A stretch of DNA of 64,000 nucleotides from Mustelus asterias (GCF_964213995.1 NC_135814.1:54808001-54872000); one strand, 5' to 3'; counted from the stretch's first letter, positions 24,931 through 38,272 are shown. Numbers and translations: made by a program. The notes: generated from the letters alone by a model not told the origin.

Positions 24931-25359
24931 TAAGTTTCTGTCATTGGCTCAGTTGTAGGAGATATGAGGGTAATGTGTCACAAGATGCAAAAGAAAATAT
25001 ATATATATTTGTCAACTGGACTAAAATCATTTTTTTTTGTGCTTTATAAAATGGAGAATTGCTGATTTGACTGGATGGCTCCAGCTGGCCACATGCTGCC
25101 TCCAGCAGTTTCAAAGTTAAGAAAGGCTAACGCTTGTCTGGAATGTAACACTGAGTCGAGCGTTAAACATGCCAAGCCAGCCAACACAATGGCCCCTCTG
25201 ATGATGGGCCTGCTCTAGCCAACTTTGAACAAAGACAAGCCTTTGCAGATCTTAATTTCCCGTAATGGTGCTAATGGCCTAAGCATTAACTGTTCCAACG
25301 TAACAAAAAGAGAAAATTCTGGAAAATCTCAGCCAGTATGGCAGCATCTGTGGAGAGAG

Positions 25360-26400
25360 TGATACAGTACAGAAGGGGGCCATTCAGCCCATTTTGTCCA
25401 TGCTGACCCAAAGACACCCAGTTGTCCCCTCTCTCATTCCATCTGCCTGCATATGGCCTATAGCCATGCAGCTTACAGAACTTAGAGTGCAGATCCAGGT
25501 ACTGTTTAAATAGGTTCAGAGTCTCTCCACCACCACCAACTCAGGCAGTGAATTCCAAACACCCACCACCCTCTACATCAAATGTTTTTCCTCACAGTGG
25601 CACAGTAGTTAGCACTGCTGCCCCACAATGCCAGGATCTCAGGTTCACTTCTGGCCTTGGGGAACTGTCTGTGTGGGGTTTGCACATTCTCCCTGCATTT
25701 ATATGGGTTTCCTCAGGGTGCTCCGGTTTCCTCCACCATTCAGAGATGTGCAGGTTAGGTGGATTGACCATGCTAAATTGTTCCTTAGTGTCCCAAAATG
25801 TGTAGATTAGGTATATTAGTGGGATATATACATGGGGTTATGGGAAAGTGCCTGGGTGGGATCCTCTGTCTAAGAGTCAGTGCAGGCTCGATGGGGTGAA
25901 TGACCTCCTTCTGCACTGTAGGGATTCTTTGATTCATGTCATCTCTAATCCTTCTGCCACTTAGCTTGAATCTCCCCCCTGGTTTTTGAAATCTTTGCCA
26001 AGGAAAACTGGTTCCTCCTGTCTACTCTATCTCTACCCGTCACAATTTTATGTACCTCAATCATGTCACCCTTTTCTGTTCCAAGGAGAACAACCTCCAT
26101 CTCTCCTCATAGTTACAATTCTCCAGCCCTGGCAACATTCTAGTAAATCTTCTCTGCACACTTTCTAGAGCAATTACGTTCTTCCAGTAATGTGGTGACC
26201 AGAGTTGCACACAATACTCCAGTTGTGGCCTCACCAGTGTCTTGTACAGTTTCATCATTATATACCTACTTTTGTATTCCAAACCTCTGTCAATGAAAGA
26301 GAGCATTCCATATGCCGCCTTCACAACCTTATCTAGTACTTCTACTTTTAGGATTCTGTACACTTACACGCCAAGATCTGTCACTTCATCTACGCCTCTC
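25360..26400 (-). mobile_element. CR1 LINE 3' fragment containing a SINE
   Basis: ORF 26061..26363 (LYKTLVRPQLEYCVQLWSP); 3' tail near 25360. Confidence 0.85.
25598..25935 (+). mobile_element. HE1-type V-SINE (older) nested in CR1
   Basis: tggcacagtagttagcactgctg, V-domain and tail ctgcactgtagggattct. Confidence 0.8.
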
Positions 26401-27619
26401 TATTCCTGTTTATCGTGCATTCCCTTTTATTGGGAACAGGAGTTTTGAGTCTGGATGACCCTTTGTCAGACCTGAGGGGTTTCATGAAATCATGGTTCTG
26501 AAAAGAGGCCTCAATTTAGTTGACTCAAAACCAGTGTCTTCTAGAACAAAAGGAATCCTGACTCCAATGAAACACAAGATTCTGGTCGTTCTTTTACACA
26601 CACAGGAGATGTCATATGACCTGAAGCTGCACTGTAATATTGTCTGGCGGAACTGAACTCGAGCAGTTTCTGTTTGACCTTCAACGTGAACAGAATTCCA
26701 GGTAAAAGCCTGTGCTGTTTACCATCAAGCTGGTGGCAGCAAAAAGAACTCTGGTCCTCATTAAGCCTGCCAACTGCAGGAACCTTGGAAGTCGTGCCTC
26801 CAAACCAACTCACTCTATGTGCCTTCTCCTGTTATGGAAGTCTTGCTCTGGAAAGACGGATCACTCTTCAGTCAGTCAACCTCCCCCTCGGAAGGAACAT
26901 TCCAGTTGACTGACTACCCCAACTTGTGTGTGTGCACGTGTACACATTGGCAATGGATGTTGTCCAGAGGCAGAGAAATTGCTTGTTAGTGAAAGATTCC
27001 TATCATTGCTTGCTGAACAGATCAAGTCCCTGTACAGCAACGTCATCTTGCTGCTTCACCATAAACTTGAAAGGAATTCTGCAAAATCCTGCTTCAGCTA
27101 GCTGGAGTGTTGAATCTGTGAAGGGCCCCTCACTCTGACCTTTTGTAAAAAATCAATCACGAGAACTGATGCCCGTATCTGTGGTGCTTTTCATTCATGT
27201 GTGTGTCTGTGAGAGTGCGTGGGCATGTAGGTTTGAATGTGTGAATAAACTATGGGCCAAATTTTCCTGAAAAATGACTTAAAGGTCATCTCCAGCAGGA
27301 AAGGTGGCAAGAATTCCATTGGGTAGGTCAACATAATACAGACCTCAGATACGCAGTACCAGCAGATGCCAACAAGACCTACTCTTTGTTGAAGGCCCCC
27401 CATCACCCCCCCCCCTCCCCCAACACACCACAAAGGCAGAGGGTGACCTGAATCCCCATCCTTTCTGTCATTGGGTTCCATACCCAGGTGAAAGATACCA
27501 CTATGGGGTCACCTAAAAGCCCACCCTGCCCCCTTCAGGCACTACCACTTACCAGTGCCAACCTGGCACCCTGGAAATGTCAACCTGGGGCCGGAGAATT
27601 TCATCTATATTTCCAATTT

Positions 27620-30420
27620 AACTCTAAAGAGAATCTGCTGCGAGTCACTTTTAAAAGAAATTGACCTCTCAAACGAAGGATTAAGGAAAACATGCCAGAG
27701 CCTATATAAAATAATAAAGTAGTCCAGTTTTGCCTCCCTCCCATATCTGTAACACTATTTACATTGCATTTCTGTAACTCCCTTTTTACATGTACATATT
27801 GTACCCAACTCCTGTTTCCATCTCCCAAGGTATTCTCAACCATTAGGAAAGATGCCAAGGACATATGATGGCTTTACCTGCATCTGGGAGGGACATTATC
27901 TGCAGAATAGAAAAATTTAACAGCATTGCTGGAAGCAGAGTATAGGTTACAGGATGACTTGAGCTGCAAGGACAAAGACTTTTCAGCAAATGACTGATCC
28001 AAAAGAAGAGTCTGAAGAGAATCAAACTTTGAACCCTCTGGGACAAGAGAAGAACTCTGCTCACTGAGGAACTTGTTGTTCCCTCAAAGCACAAGAGCTT
28101 CAGAAGAGGAATAATCTTCGACTCCAAGGAAGACTATCACAACTTTATCATCCCCTGATGTATCGAGGACTGAAAAGACATTGAAGATCTGAGATTCTGA
28201 TGAGACTGGATGACAAAGGGAAAAATGACCAGATTCCTGCAAGATTGTCAGGATAAAAGAGGAGCTAATTTTCCCAATGACCTTTCAGGAGGACTACTTA
28301 CTTTCTGTAGGCAGTGATAAGAGAGCCACACTTTTCTCTGCCATACTAAAGCATCCTTGTGCCAATGTGAAGAATTGCTGAGAATTTGGAGACAAGTCAG
28401 CCTCCTTCTGTAATAAAGTAAGTTTCCTGTAGATTATCAACTCTTGAAATAAGATCTGCTGCAGCTTCTGCGCTAACCTTTTTAGTTGGGACTGAAGTAT
28501 GGGTGTCAATTGGCTTTCATTCCTGGAAGACATCTGCTCTTTGGCAGTGTGATTCTCTATGGACTCTGACCTGGTCTTGGGCAAGGCATTCTCTCCGTAA
28601 GATTCTTCACGGACAACAGGAGATGCACTAGGCAGCACATTGGTAGGTTCGGTTGAACAAATATCTGAATACTGCTCAGCCACTAAAAGCACAGCTGGCT
28701 CCACCAAATAATACAATGGAGGCTTGGTGCATCCATCATCCAGGACCTCAATCCCCTAAGCGATCACCTCCATGCTGCAAGGGATTCTTCCTCTAAGCCT
28801 TCTAGGAAGAGCCAACTCAGGTCCAGCAGATCTTGATGGGGGTGATCACCATTTGCTGCAATACCTCCTAGATCAGCTATCTTTGGTCTGCCTTCATGGA
28901 AAACAGAGATTCTAACTTCCATCTCCTCCCAGGATCTAGTGGGTGGTGTCTCTGTGTGAGAGAGGATATTGCTGCTGAGTGTGTAAACTTCCTCAGCTTC
29001 TGAAAGCAGTTCCACTGTTTCTAAATGAAAGTTTGAGGATTTTCATATGAAAAACGTTAAGTCGTTCAAATGATGAGCAACTTCTGTTTTATCCAGGATT
29101 CCTAGAAGTCTGCCAACGTTGCCACTCAGTAGAGATGTCCACTGATTGCGAAGAACGTAGAGTGTATCGATGATCTTTTATCCATTGGAGCAAAGAGGAG
29201 CAATTGATTGAAACATCTATGCTGCCTGGACTTTGTATTTCTTTCATTCGTGGTACATGGATGTTGCTGGCTGGCCAGCATTTATTGCACATTATTGCCT
29301 AGTTGCCCTTTGGTGTGCATTTTGATGTCTGATGGATAAAGGGTTTTCGGCTGAAGCAATCAAGGTCATTTGCTAATATGTTAATAGCTGTTCCAGTATC
29401 AATTTTAATAGTATTAAAGCCTTGAACTTGGAGATAGTAACTGACAGTAGTCTGGATTAAGATCATCAATTTCCTCTAGGAACTCTGCAATGTTGTCATC
29501 TTCATGGCTTTCCATTTCTTGAACAGAATGTGTTTCATAAATACTTTGTGTCTTTGAGTTTGCTGAAAATTGTTGGATTTGCAGAAAAGCTTGAAATATC
29601 TGGTCTTGCTACACCAGAAGCACTCTGAGCCCCCTGCTGGGCAGAACTGGTGACACACCAAAATACAAAGCATTTCAAAATGGCTGCCGTTGTGGATTTT
29701 TCCACCCTTTCGCCTGGTTTGATCGGGTCACTGGCCATGGGCCTATCCAGTCTATGGTCATGTGAAGCCTTGGTTGCACCAAATTATAGCCTGATTTAAA
29801 TTCTCTTAAACTCAGCCTGCCTCACATACTGAACTACTTGATCCGAAGTAACATCATCTTTGGTGTGTACTAAGTCAGAGGTTTTAGCCTGGATACCGAT
29901 GACTATGCAATCACAGATAAACTCATCCTTCAACTTGTATCTGCAAGAACTAGTTAGGTAATATAGGTCAGTTAGAAATTTAATTGATTTTCCCCAGGTC
30001 ATTGAGCACTGGTTAAAAGGTGCTTGTTCATTTTACTTCAGGTTAAAATAGTGTCAAAGACTTTAAGAATGTGCTCCTAAGTCTACGTTGGACTCCTGCA
30101 CCTCCTGCCTTGGGGGATATCATCTATTACTCGATCTACTGCATAAAGAAAGGAAGCTGCTCAGTGCTGGAGAAAATGGTATTTCCATAACTCTCACAGC
30201 TGGCTTCTCTACAGGAACTTGGGATCGTCAAATAGGTGGAGCAAGGGCAGGGACTACTTGCCTGATATGGTTATCATTAGCTCCCTCCTTGTATCACCTC
30301 CTGCCTTTATCTTTGACCTGCTATCAAAGGCTTCTTTACTCTGTGTGGTTCCTTCATTATAAGTAATGTATTTTTTAATTGATGTCTCCACTGCTGCCTT
30401 CAATTGATGGTGCTTCAATC
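27620..30420 (-). mobile_element. Highly degenerate Gypsy-like LTR retrotransposon gag-pol relic
   Basis: In minus-strand order: gag-like FLTDLYYL..CRYKLKDEFICDCIVIGI (29796..30002), decayed zinc knuckle CPAGGSECFWCSKTRYFKLFC (~29575-29645), aspartic protease IKIDTGTAINIL (~29375-29410), then possible RNase H-like LVAEQYSDI (~28660-28690). Boundaries uncertain. Confidence 0.6.
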
Positions 30421-30489
30421 TTGGACTTTAGATGTGGTATTTATAGACTGTAGACATACGCTGGTATCTATTTAACACTTATGACTACA

Positions 30490-30720
30490 GGTTAGAGTAA
30501 GTTGACCATATGATTGAGTCAGAAGGTTATAGGTCCAAGTCCCACCCCAGAGAGGAGTTGGGAAATCTAGATAGTACCTCGCTGAGGGAATGCTGCATTA
30601 TCAGAGGTATGGGATCAGACGTTAAACAAAGGAAGTAGCATTGATACCCTGTGCAGCATTCCTCAGTGATATCAATGCAGCCTGTGCAATGCTGCTTGAA
30701 ACAGCACTTTGTAAAAGAAT
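30490..30720 (+). mobile_element. Deu-domain SINE remnant
   Basis: gagtcagaaggttataggtccaagtcccac and gctgagggaatgctgcattatcagaggt...gacgttaaac resemble a DeuSINE head and core; related to 51270-51670. Confidence 0.5.
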
Positions 30721-30727
30721 TTCCCCC

Positions 30728-31044
30728 TAGAATCATAGAGACCCTAATGTGCAGAAGGCCATTTGGCCCATCAAGTCTGCACCAACAACAATCCCACCTA
30801 GGCCCTATCCCCGTAGCCCCACATATTTACCTCTCTAATCCCAGGACACTAAGGACAATTTATCCTGGCCAATGCATCTAACCCGCACATCTTTGGACTA
30901 GGGGAGGAAACCGGAGCACCCGGAGGAAACCCACGCAGACAAGGGGAGAATGTGCAAACTCCACATAGACAGTGACCCAAACCGGGAATTCCAGGTCCCT
31001 GGAACTGAGGCAGCAGTGCTAAACATTGTGCCACCATGCTGCCC
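30728..31044 (-). mobile_element. HE1-type V-SINE
   Basis: ORF 30849..31037 is the typical SINE pseudo-translation (VAQCLALL...GHCLCGVCTFSPCLRGFPPGAPVSS). Confidence 0.88.
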
Positions 31045-31777
31045 CTACAACATGATCGGAGATGAGATGAATACTCACTTAGAAAGACATGGATTCATTT
31101 AAGGCAATCAATGAACTTCTGAAAGGAAACTTGCATCTGACAAATTTCATAACTGAGGAACTAATACTGTAATGTTGGAGTGCATTTCGAAAAGAAATTC
31201 GGTGGATATGGTACATACGGACTTGCTAAATTGTTGGGAATTAAGCTAAATTGATATAACAGGAAAAATGACAGCATAGGTGGGAACTTGGCTAAAGGAC
31301 AGAAGTGGAGAGAGAAATTAGTCCCTGCTACAGGTTGGGATAAACAGAATGGTGTACCAGCCAAATGATGCAGGTTGTTCGTATTAGCATAGCCAGTTAC
31401 AAATACTGGCTATTTTGGCCAGTTTTAGCAGGGCTGTGGGGTACCTACTGTCAGCACCTACCCACTGCCATTTGCCCTCCAGTGTTAATTTAATGGGCAG
31501 AATCCTCTGGATTTGACTGTTCCAATGGCTGGAACAGCAGCAATGCATCTTCGGGTTCTGGCCAATTCAGAAGCTGCATTGTTTTTTCTACTGAGTGAAA
31601 TGAAGATTGTGCAGTCTGTGCTGTTATTGGTTAGGATGAGAAAGGAGCAGCATTCAATCTTTCCTATTTGGGGCTTTTGCCTCTAAGAGAATATTATTAG
31701 ATATTTACGGTCTGCTGCTGCCAACATACAAATCATGATAACATAAACGTGCCCCTACTGTGTATTGAGGTCCGTAT

Positions 31778-31902
31778 TGCCGGAATTCTACTGCCCCGCC
31801 CATTACTAGAATCGGAGTGAGCGAGGGGCAGACAATGGGAAGGTGCATTGACCTCAGGTGGGATTTTCCGTTCTCGGGTCGAGCAAGGCTGTAAAATCCC
31901 GC
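31778..31902. mobile_element. Short Harbinger-type MITE
   Basis: gccggaattcta ... taaaatcccgcc inverted ends; same internal sequence as 48417-48545 and 59895-60020. Confidence 0.6.
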
Positions 31903-32933
31903 CATAACTCATTGTTCTTTCAATAAATCCAGCACTTTTTGCTTTCAGTTAATCACTCTTTGTAGGAACTCCTGTCCAATGGCTTGGACAGCCCTAATAT
32001 TTTGGATTCTTCTTCCATCCTTCAGTTGGGGCTACTGACCAGAAATGGAGAATCCCACCACCTCCGTACGTACTTCAGTTGCACCTGCCTCTGATCGAGC
32101 TGCTAATCTCTGTGCTGGATGGCCACGTATTGGGCCTCCAGACCGAGCCACCCACTGTCTTTGATCGGACAGCATACACGGAGGCAGCCAAATAGGAGGC
32201 CGCCTCCAGGGAAATAGATCCACCGGTCTGGGTCCCAGCAAGTGCGGGCTCAGGGCTCCCTTTTGTTACCAATGTTGGGGTCTTGAAGCCCGTAAGAAGA
32301 TCCTGCCCACTAATTCTGTTCTTTCTCCATCGATACTAGCTGATCTGCTGAGTATTTAGCAGCATTTTCTGTTGTCAGATTTCCAGCAACCACAGTGTTT
32401 TGCTTCATAATCTGAGCTGGGCTCGAATGCTGATTTCTTGGAATATTGAGTTCCAGGCTTGAGTATTATTTTCAGCTTTTCTGAGTTCATAATTGCCACT
32501 TGTGCTTCAGAGAATCATTTATATCTTTATCTTGATTGATTGCTGTGCGCTAAATGCAACTTGATATCGTAGTTCAAATACCACAGCTCAATTAGATAAT
32601 CAATAAAGTGATTTCCATCTATTTCATCTCAAAGCGGAGGACAGTTTGCAGTGGTAAATAATTTAACACCAATGTGATTTTCTGCATATAATGACATTTT
32701 GCTGCTTTTAAAGAAAGCTCCACATATACCGTTATTGCTTGGAAGATTAAAAAATGTCCTCCATGAGTCAGGTTGAAGATTTTAACTTGATTGTCCATTG
32801 TTATTCTCTTTTAGCTTTGATTTTCAGAAATGTAAAAAATTGCAGTCACTTATTGAAAGAGGTTTAACTTTTCAATTTTTACCCGCTGTGTTTCTTTAAA
32901 AAAAAATTATCCTGTGCATTACTACAAAATTTT

Positions 32934-33020
32934 ATGTTCATTTTAAACGGAACACAAATTCAACAATCGCTGTGGATTTCCAACTCTTCGAAGGCCCCTT
33001 TATCCCAGGAAATCCTATTG
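32934..33020 (+). CDS. Candidate alternative first coding exon of RAPGEF4: MFILNGTQIQQSLWISNSSKAPLSQEILL
   Basis: ATG-initiated 29 codons ending at TTG|gtaaga in phase 0, in frame with the downstream exons. In-frame TAA upstream at 32865-32867. Lies in apparently repeat-free sequence. No transcript evidence. Confidence 0.45.
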
Positions 33021-34599
33021 GTAAGATTGCAAGCAAAATCCAACCTGACAAATTCTGCAGCAACTAAGAATATTGGAAGACTAATGTAGATTCATAAACA
33101 TGTGTAATAAATACAGAAACATTGAGCAAAGGTCCCTTACCCTGTCATGCTTTCCAAAGCCTTTATCATGAGAAATTAAAACTTGTCTACTGTTACCTTC
33201 CAAAGTTGATCTAATCAATTTATTCATCACTTTTTTTTTTCACACCCCCAGGGCTGCTTAAAACACTTCACAATTAAGTGATTATATGCTTATTAAAAAA
33301 AGTGACTGTGTTGAATAAATGAACTCCTTTGTCATATTTGGCAAAAATGATTTAAAGATAATCCTTAATACTTAAACAAATGGAATGGAAAGCAAGAACA
33401 AAGGAGCTGAGCAGATTAAACATTGGCCTTTCACCTCTGACATCAAAATTTAAACCTGGTTTGACCCAAGAGAATGACCTCTATTGCTAACCTACAAAGA
33501 TTTTTATGCAAAATGTCATTGGACAGACCCCAGCTGAAAGATGCCTTAATCAGACCACTAATTAATAAAAATTGTTTGGTTTACTGTGCTGTTCAGGGTA
33601 TTTACTCTTCTGAGATTGGATCTGGAAATGGTGTTAGAAAGGGATGGAGGGAGCTAGAAGCTCTGTTTTTGTTGTGCCACAGGTTACCGATGGGGGGATT
33701 CCTATGAAGTTGCTAGCAACACAGACTCAATAGATTTTCATTTAAATGATCTGAAGACAGGAAGACTATTTTTCAATTCTATTTCCAGCTGCTGCTGGTC
33801 CATTTTGTGTTTTGGGATGTCATGCCATCTCGTGGTCAAGCTGCTGCAGCCCATCTGTGCCAATGCTAATGGAACACTCATTGCAACTGAGTCATGTGGA
33901 GACCAGCAGCATTTGTACATACAGCAATACTGTAATTGACTGACATTTCAGCTCCCCTCCCCAGTCAGGTTGAGGCAAGGGGTCTTGAAAATTGGCTTGA
34001 GGTGACTGTCAGATATAGGACACCATTCCTGATGCCAGGAATCAATCGTGCTCTCAATCCAATTGAGGTGAATTAAATCCGTGTCAGGGATGGAACTTAA
34101 TGTTTAAAGGGGCACACAAGTTACCCATCCCTTCAGAAACCCATCTTCTGTAAGCAGGCAGCTAAAGAGTGGGGAGTCAGTCGTGGCTGCCTCAGTGCAT
34201 CAGCCTGGCCCATAAGATGGTCATTAGTGCAAAGAGGGATTTGGCGTGTCCTTGCCAGGGAGGGTGGGCACGCAGCAGCCTGGCAATGAATGGAGTTGGC
34301 ACCTCCAATAGCACAGAAGAACAATGGGGGGAGCTGCCCAGGACAATTGGGTAGCCACCTGCCCAGAGAGTCTGCAGCTGGCGCAGGGGCATGAACATCA
34401 GTTTTGGGCCATGTGACGATAGGATGGGGAGGGGGAGAAGGCAACTGAGACCATACCCTCACCACATGATGTACAGCCAAAGACGGAACCACATTGAGAT
34501 GGGTGAGTTGTCTGACTTCTGTACCCTCATCTCCAGGGTCCTCGCACGTTGCTGCAGTGGTTCCCATGCCCTGCTATTAAAGTATCACAAGTAGGCTTA

Positions 34600-34864
34600 C
34601 ATTAACACTGCAATTAAGTTACTGTGAAAATCCCCTCGTTGCCACACTCCGGCGCCTATTCAGGTACACTGATGGAGCACTTAGCATAGCCAGGGCACCA
34701 AACCAGCACATCTTTCAGACTGTGAGAGGAAATTGGAGCACCCGGAGGAAACCCACGCAGACACTGGGAGAACGTGCAGACTCCACACATACAGCGACCG
34801 AAGCTGGGAATCGAACCCGGGCCCCTGGCGCTGTGAGCAGCAGTGCTAGCCACTGTGCCGCCCC
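34600..34864 (-). mobile_element. V-SINE with a different 3' tail
   Basis: tRNA head and V-domain at 34715-34864. The tail (aagttactgtgaaaatcccctcgttgccacactccggcgcc on the + strand) differs from the HE1/CR1 tail. Confidence 0.75.
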
Positions 34865-35802
34865 GAAGTAACTGTGGTTGTGAACAACTTCAGGCATTTT
34901 TCAGGGACCAGCTGCAGACCTTGGTGATGTCTTGCAAGTGGCAGCACGTCACATTTTGCTCGTCACTGGTTCTCGTTTTGGCACACCAGAACAGTGCATG
35001 TGTTTCACTATGGATGTGGTCTCACAGGGACATAGGATAGCGCGTATCACAACCACCTCTGATGCAGGGCATCATGGATTGCACACACATGAAAGAAAAT
35101 ACTGCAGATGCTCAAAATCTAAAATAGAACCAAAACATGCTGGAAATACCTAGCGTGTCAGGCAGCATCGGTGGAGAGGGGAACAGAGTTATTGGGCAGA
35201 ACCTTACAAGAATTTGGCAGAGTCAGTTCTGGTGAGAAAACTGGCTTGGAACTCTGCTGCTCCACTGGCATGTCCAACCCCGCCCCACCTACCACCACAA
35301 ATAAATGAGTCCCGCATGTGAGGCTCCCCCCTAGGGCCTGCCCCTGGCACTGACCCCTGACGTTTGTGCCTCTGCAGGAATCCCCTCAGCAGGTTCATGT
35401 CTGGGTGAACTTGTTGTAAACCTCGTCGCTGTGACGTCACGTCAGTGAGGTATGGAAATCTAGTGAGGGGGGGATATTGGATATTTTATTGAAATGCATT
35501 CTGATTTTGTCGCTGGCAGAGTAAAAATCAAATACTGATCTCACCGATGAGTTTCACGATTTCCGCCAGATCTTGAATCCCTGCCGGTGATCTTGCGGAC
35601 GGAGAGTGCGGGCTCAAGATCCCGTCCACTGTTTCAGGTCAATGATGACCTTTTTGAATTTTAAGACTCACCTCAAGAACAAAGCGCAGGAATGATGTGA
35701 CATTCTGAAACATCACTTTTGTCAAGATTGGGCCTGTTAACACTTGGCCCTAGGGTCTAGATAGAAATCACGTGAACTTCTACTTCAGCCATATAAATAA
35801 AG

Positions 35803-38272
35803 TGTGATTTATGTGGTGTCTGTCTCTTTAAGACAGTACAGCAGATGTGAGTCACCTGACGACAGACCAGTGGAACTGAGTGAGGGATCACACCAGAGGG
35901 TTTAGTCCTTTTAGGCAGAATCATAGAGCAGCCATGGAGTAAGCAGGTAAAGACTAGAGCTCTACAAGAGTCACTGAGCTGTTCAAGCAGACATTAGAAC
36001 AGAGCTATCATTCACCAGAGCCATCTTGAGAATCCTTTAGAAATCTAATGGAGATCAAACTAAAGTCTTGTAGAATACACAAATGAGCTGGAGAAATTGG
36101 CATTCTGCAGAAAGACAGGAATAGTCTGGTGTTGATGGTGCTGTGGAGGACTTGGCAATGGACAAACCCAGAAAGAGAACACAACTGTTAAACAAGTTAA
36201 CAATTCAGGAGAATTGTTTAATAAAAATAAACAAGAACGAAGAACTGTCAAACATAGAAGTAGAGTTTTGATGCAAATACAACAGAAGAAATGTGTCAGT
36301 TCTCTGAAAACATGCAAAGCATGAGGAGGGAGAGATTATTATCTAAGGTTAGAAGAGAAAGATGGATTCATCTTGTAAAAAAAACTCAAATGGATAAACT
36401 AGATGGATTGTGAAAGCGGATGCATGGAATAAAGAACAACTCCGGTCTAAGCAGAAGATTGATAAATTAAACCACTCAGCTGAAAGATGTGCTGGAGAGA
36501 ACTGGACAAAGCAGCAATTCAGGCAGAAAAGGAAATTGAGATCGCATGCCACAACAAGATTGCTGAAAGTTACACTAATAGAAATGCATAAGAACCAATA
36601 TGATAACATAGTTGATGGAAAACATGCCTAATAGAAGTACAGGACTGAAGTACAGAATACAACGACCATTTCCTTCACACGTGACAAGCCGAGTTTGTGA
36701 ATGAACTGTCAAGACGTGAGACTGTTCTATTGCAAGGATGGTACCTGCATGCATTGTAGAATGAGGTGCTTGACAGAGAAGAGGATCAGCGGATTGGAGA
36801 GTGACACCGTCCGCAGAGTAAAGTATGAGAGGTCACATGACACCAGGTTATAATCCAACAGTCTTATTTGAAATCGCAAGTTTTCGGAGCGCTGCTCCTT
36901 TGTCGGGTGAATTGGAGCAAGGTGCACAGGCAAGAATATATAGACGGAGTGACAATAGCCCAACACTAACTAAGAGTAATCAAGAGTGTCAAAGGATAAG
37001 TACAGACAGTGTAGGTCGACTGAATGACAAGTCTTTACAAGTAATCATGAGTGCTAATAGATAAATGCAAGCAGTTAAGTATAATCAGTATATGTAAAGT
37101 GTATAACAAGTGAAGGGAAGACCTAAGAACCGATAATTTAAAGCAGAGAGATAATTACAAACAGTGAGATGGTGTTGAACACTATGCAAACTAATTCGGG
37201 TAGAAAGATCACCTGTAATCAAGGTATGCATTTTGTCACAACAAGACAGTCAGGGAGATTTTCCCCCCCCACAGAACCATATGGTGAGGTTACATGTAGT
37301 GTGACATGAACCTGAGAGCACGGTTAAGGCCCTCATGAATGCGGAACTTGGCTATCAGTTTCTCCTCGGCAATTCTGCATTGTCGTGTGTCTCGAAGGCC
37401 GCCTTGGAGAATGCTTACTCAAAGATCGGAGGCTGAATGTCCTTGACCACTGAAGTGTTCTCCAACTAGGAGGGAATACTCCTGCCTGCCGATTATTGCG
37501 CGGTGCCCATTCATCTGCCATCGTAGTGTCTGCATGGTCTTGCTGATGTACCATGCCCCAGGGCATCCTTGACTGTAGTGTATGAGGTAGACTACGTTGG
37601 CCAAGCCACATGAGTGCGTATCGTGTACCTGGTGGGTGGTGTTCCTCTGTGTCAATGATCTGTCATGTCCTGCAGAGGTGACTGTGGCAGGGTTATGTGG
37701 CGTATCAACAGCATCTCCACATCAGGGTAAAGTATATAGTCTTTAGTCCGCGCACACAGGCTAGGACAGAACTCAGTGCAGCAGTCCTTGTGGAAACATC
37801 CCATGCAAGTCTATATTTGGAACTGTGTATGGTTGAAGCTTTCTAGAAGTGTTAAGTTAAATGCAAGTTTTAAGATTCCTCAATTGAACAACCACTACAT
37901 CAATTTACAAATGTTTAACTTGTGTATAATGTTTATTTAGAATGTGGGTTGAGTAAATCAATTTTCTAAAAGTCCCAAATGGGGAGGGATGTTGTGTATG
38001 TGGTGTCTGTCTCTTTAATTCAGTACAGCAGAAGTGAGCCACCTGACCTCACAGACCAATGGAACTGAGCGTGAGGCATCACACCAGAGGATTGTGTCCT
38101 CTCTCAGGCAGAATCATTGAGCAGTCATGAAGTAAGCATGTAAAGACTAGAGCTCTGCTCCAGACAGCCCAGAACTGCAATCTCTACCAAGTTTCACCCA
38201 TTAATAAGTCCCTTCCTTGTTCCTAACATAGACTGAAATCTCTTGATGGTGCCATAACAGCCACAACATAAC
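35803..38272 (+). mobile_element. Degenerate LTR retroelement (two related LTR-like direct repeats)
   Basis: ~170-bp direct repeats start with TG at 35803 and 37990 (tatgtggtgtctgtctctttaa...gtaaagactagagctct). A purine tract ggggaggga immediately precedes the second copy. Confidence 0.6.
36827..37722 (-). mobile_element. Penelope-like element 3' fragment (GIY-YIG region + terminal repeat)
   Basis: ORF 37419..37655 (VYLIH..GCPGAWYI..TMQTLR..MNGHR) is homologous to 53600-53950. Flanked by CAGAGTAAAGTAT (36814-36826) and CAGGGTAAAGTAT (37723-37735). Confidence 0.88.

Noticed and set aside
33400-33920. Possible ancient SINE (LF-SINE-like) remnant
   Set aside because: Only a short motif (gcctttcacctct) resembles the recalled consensus; needs a Dfam HMM search.
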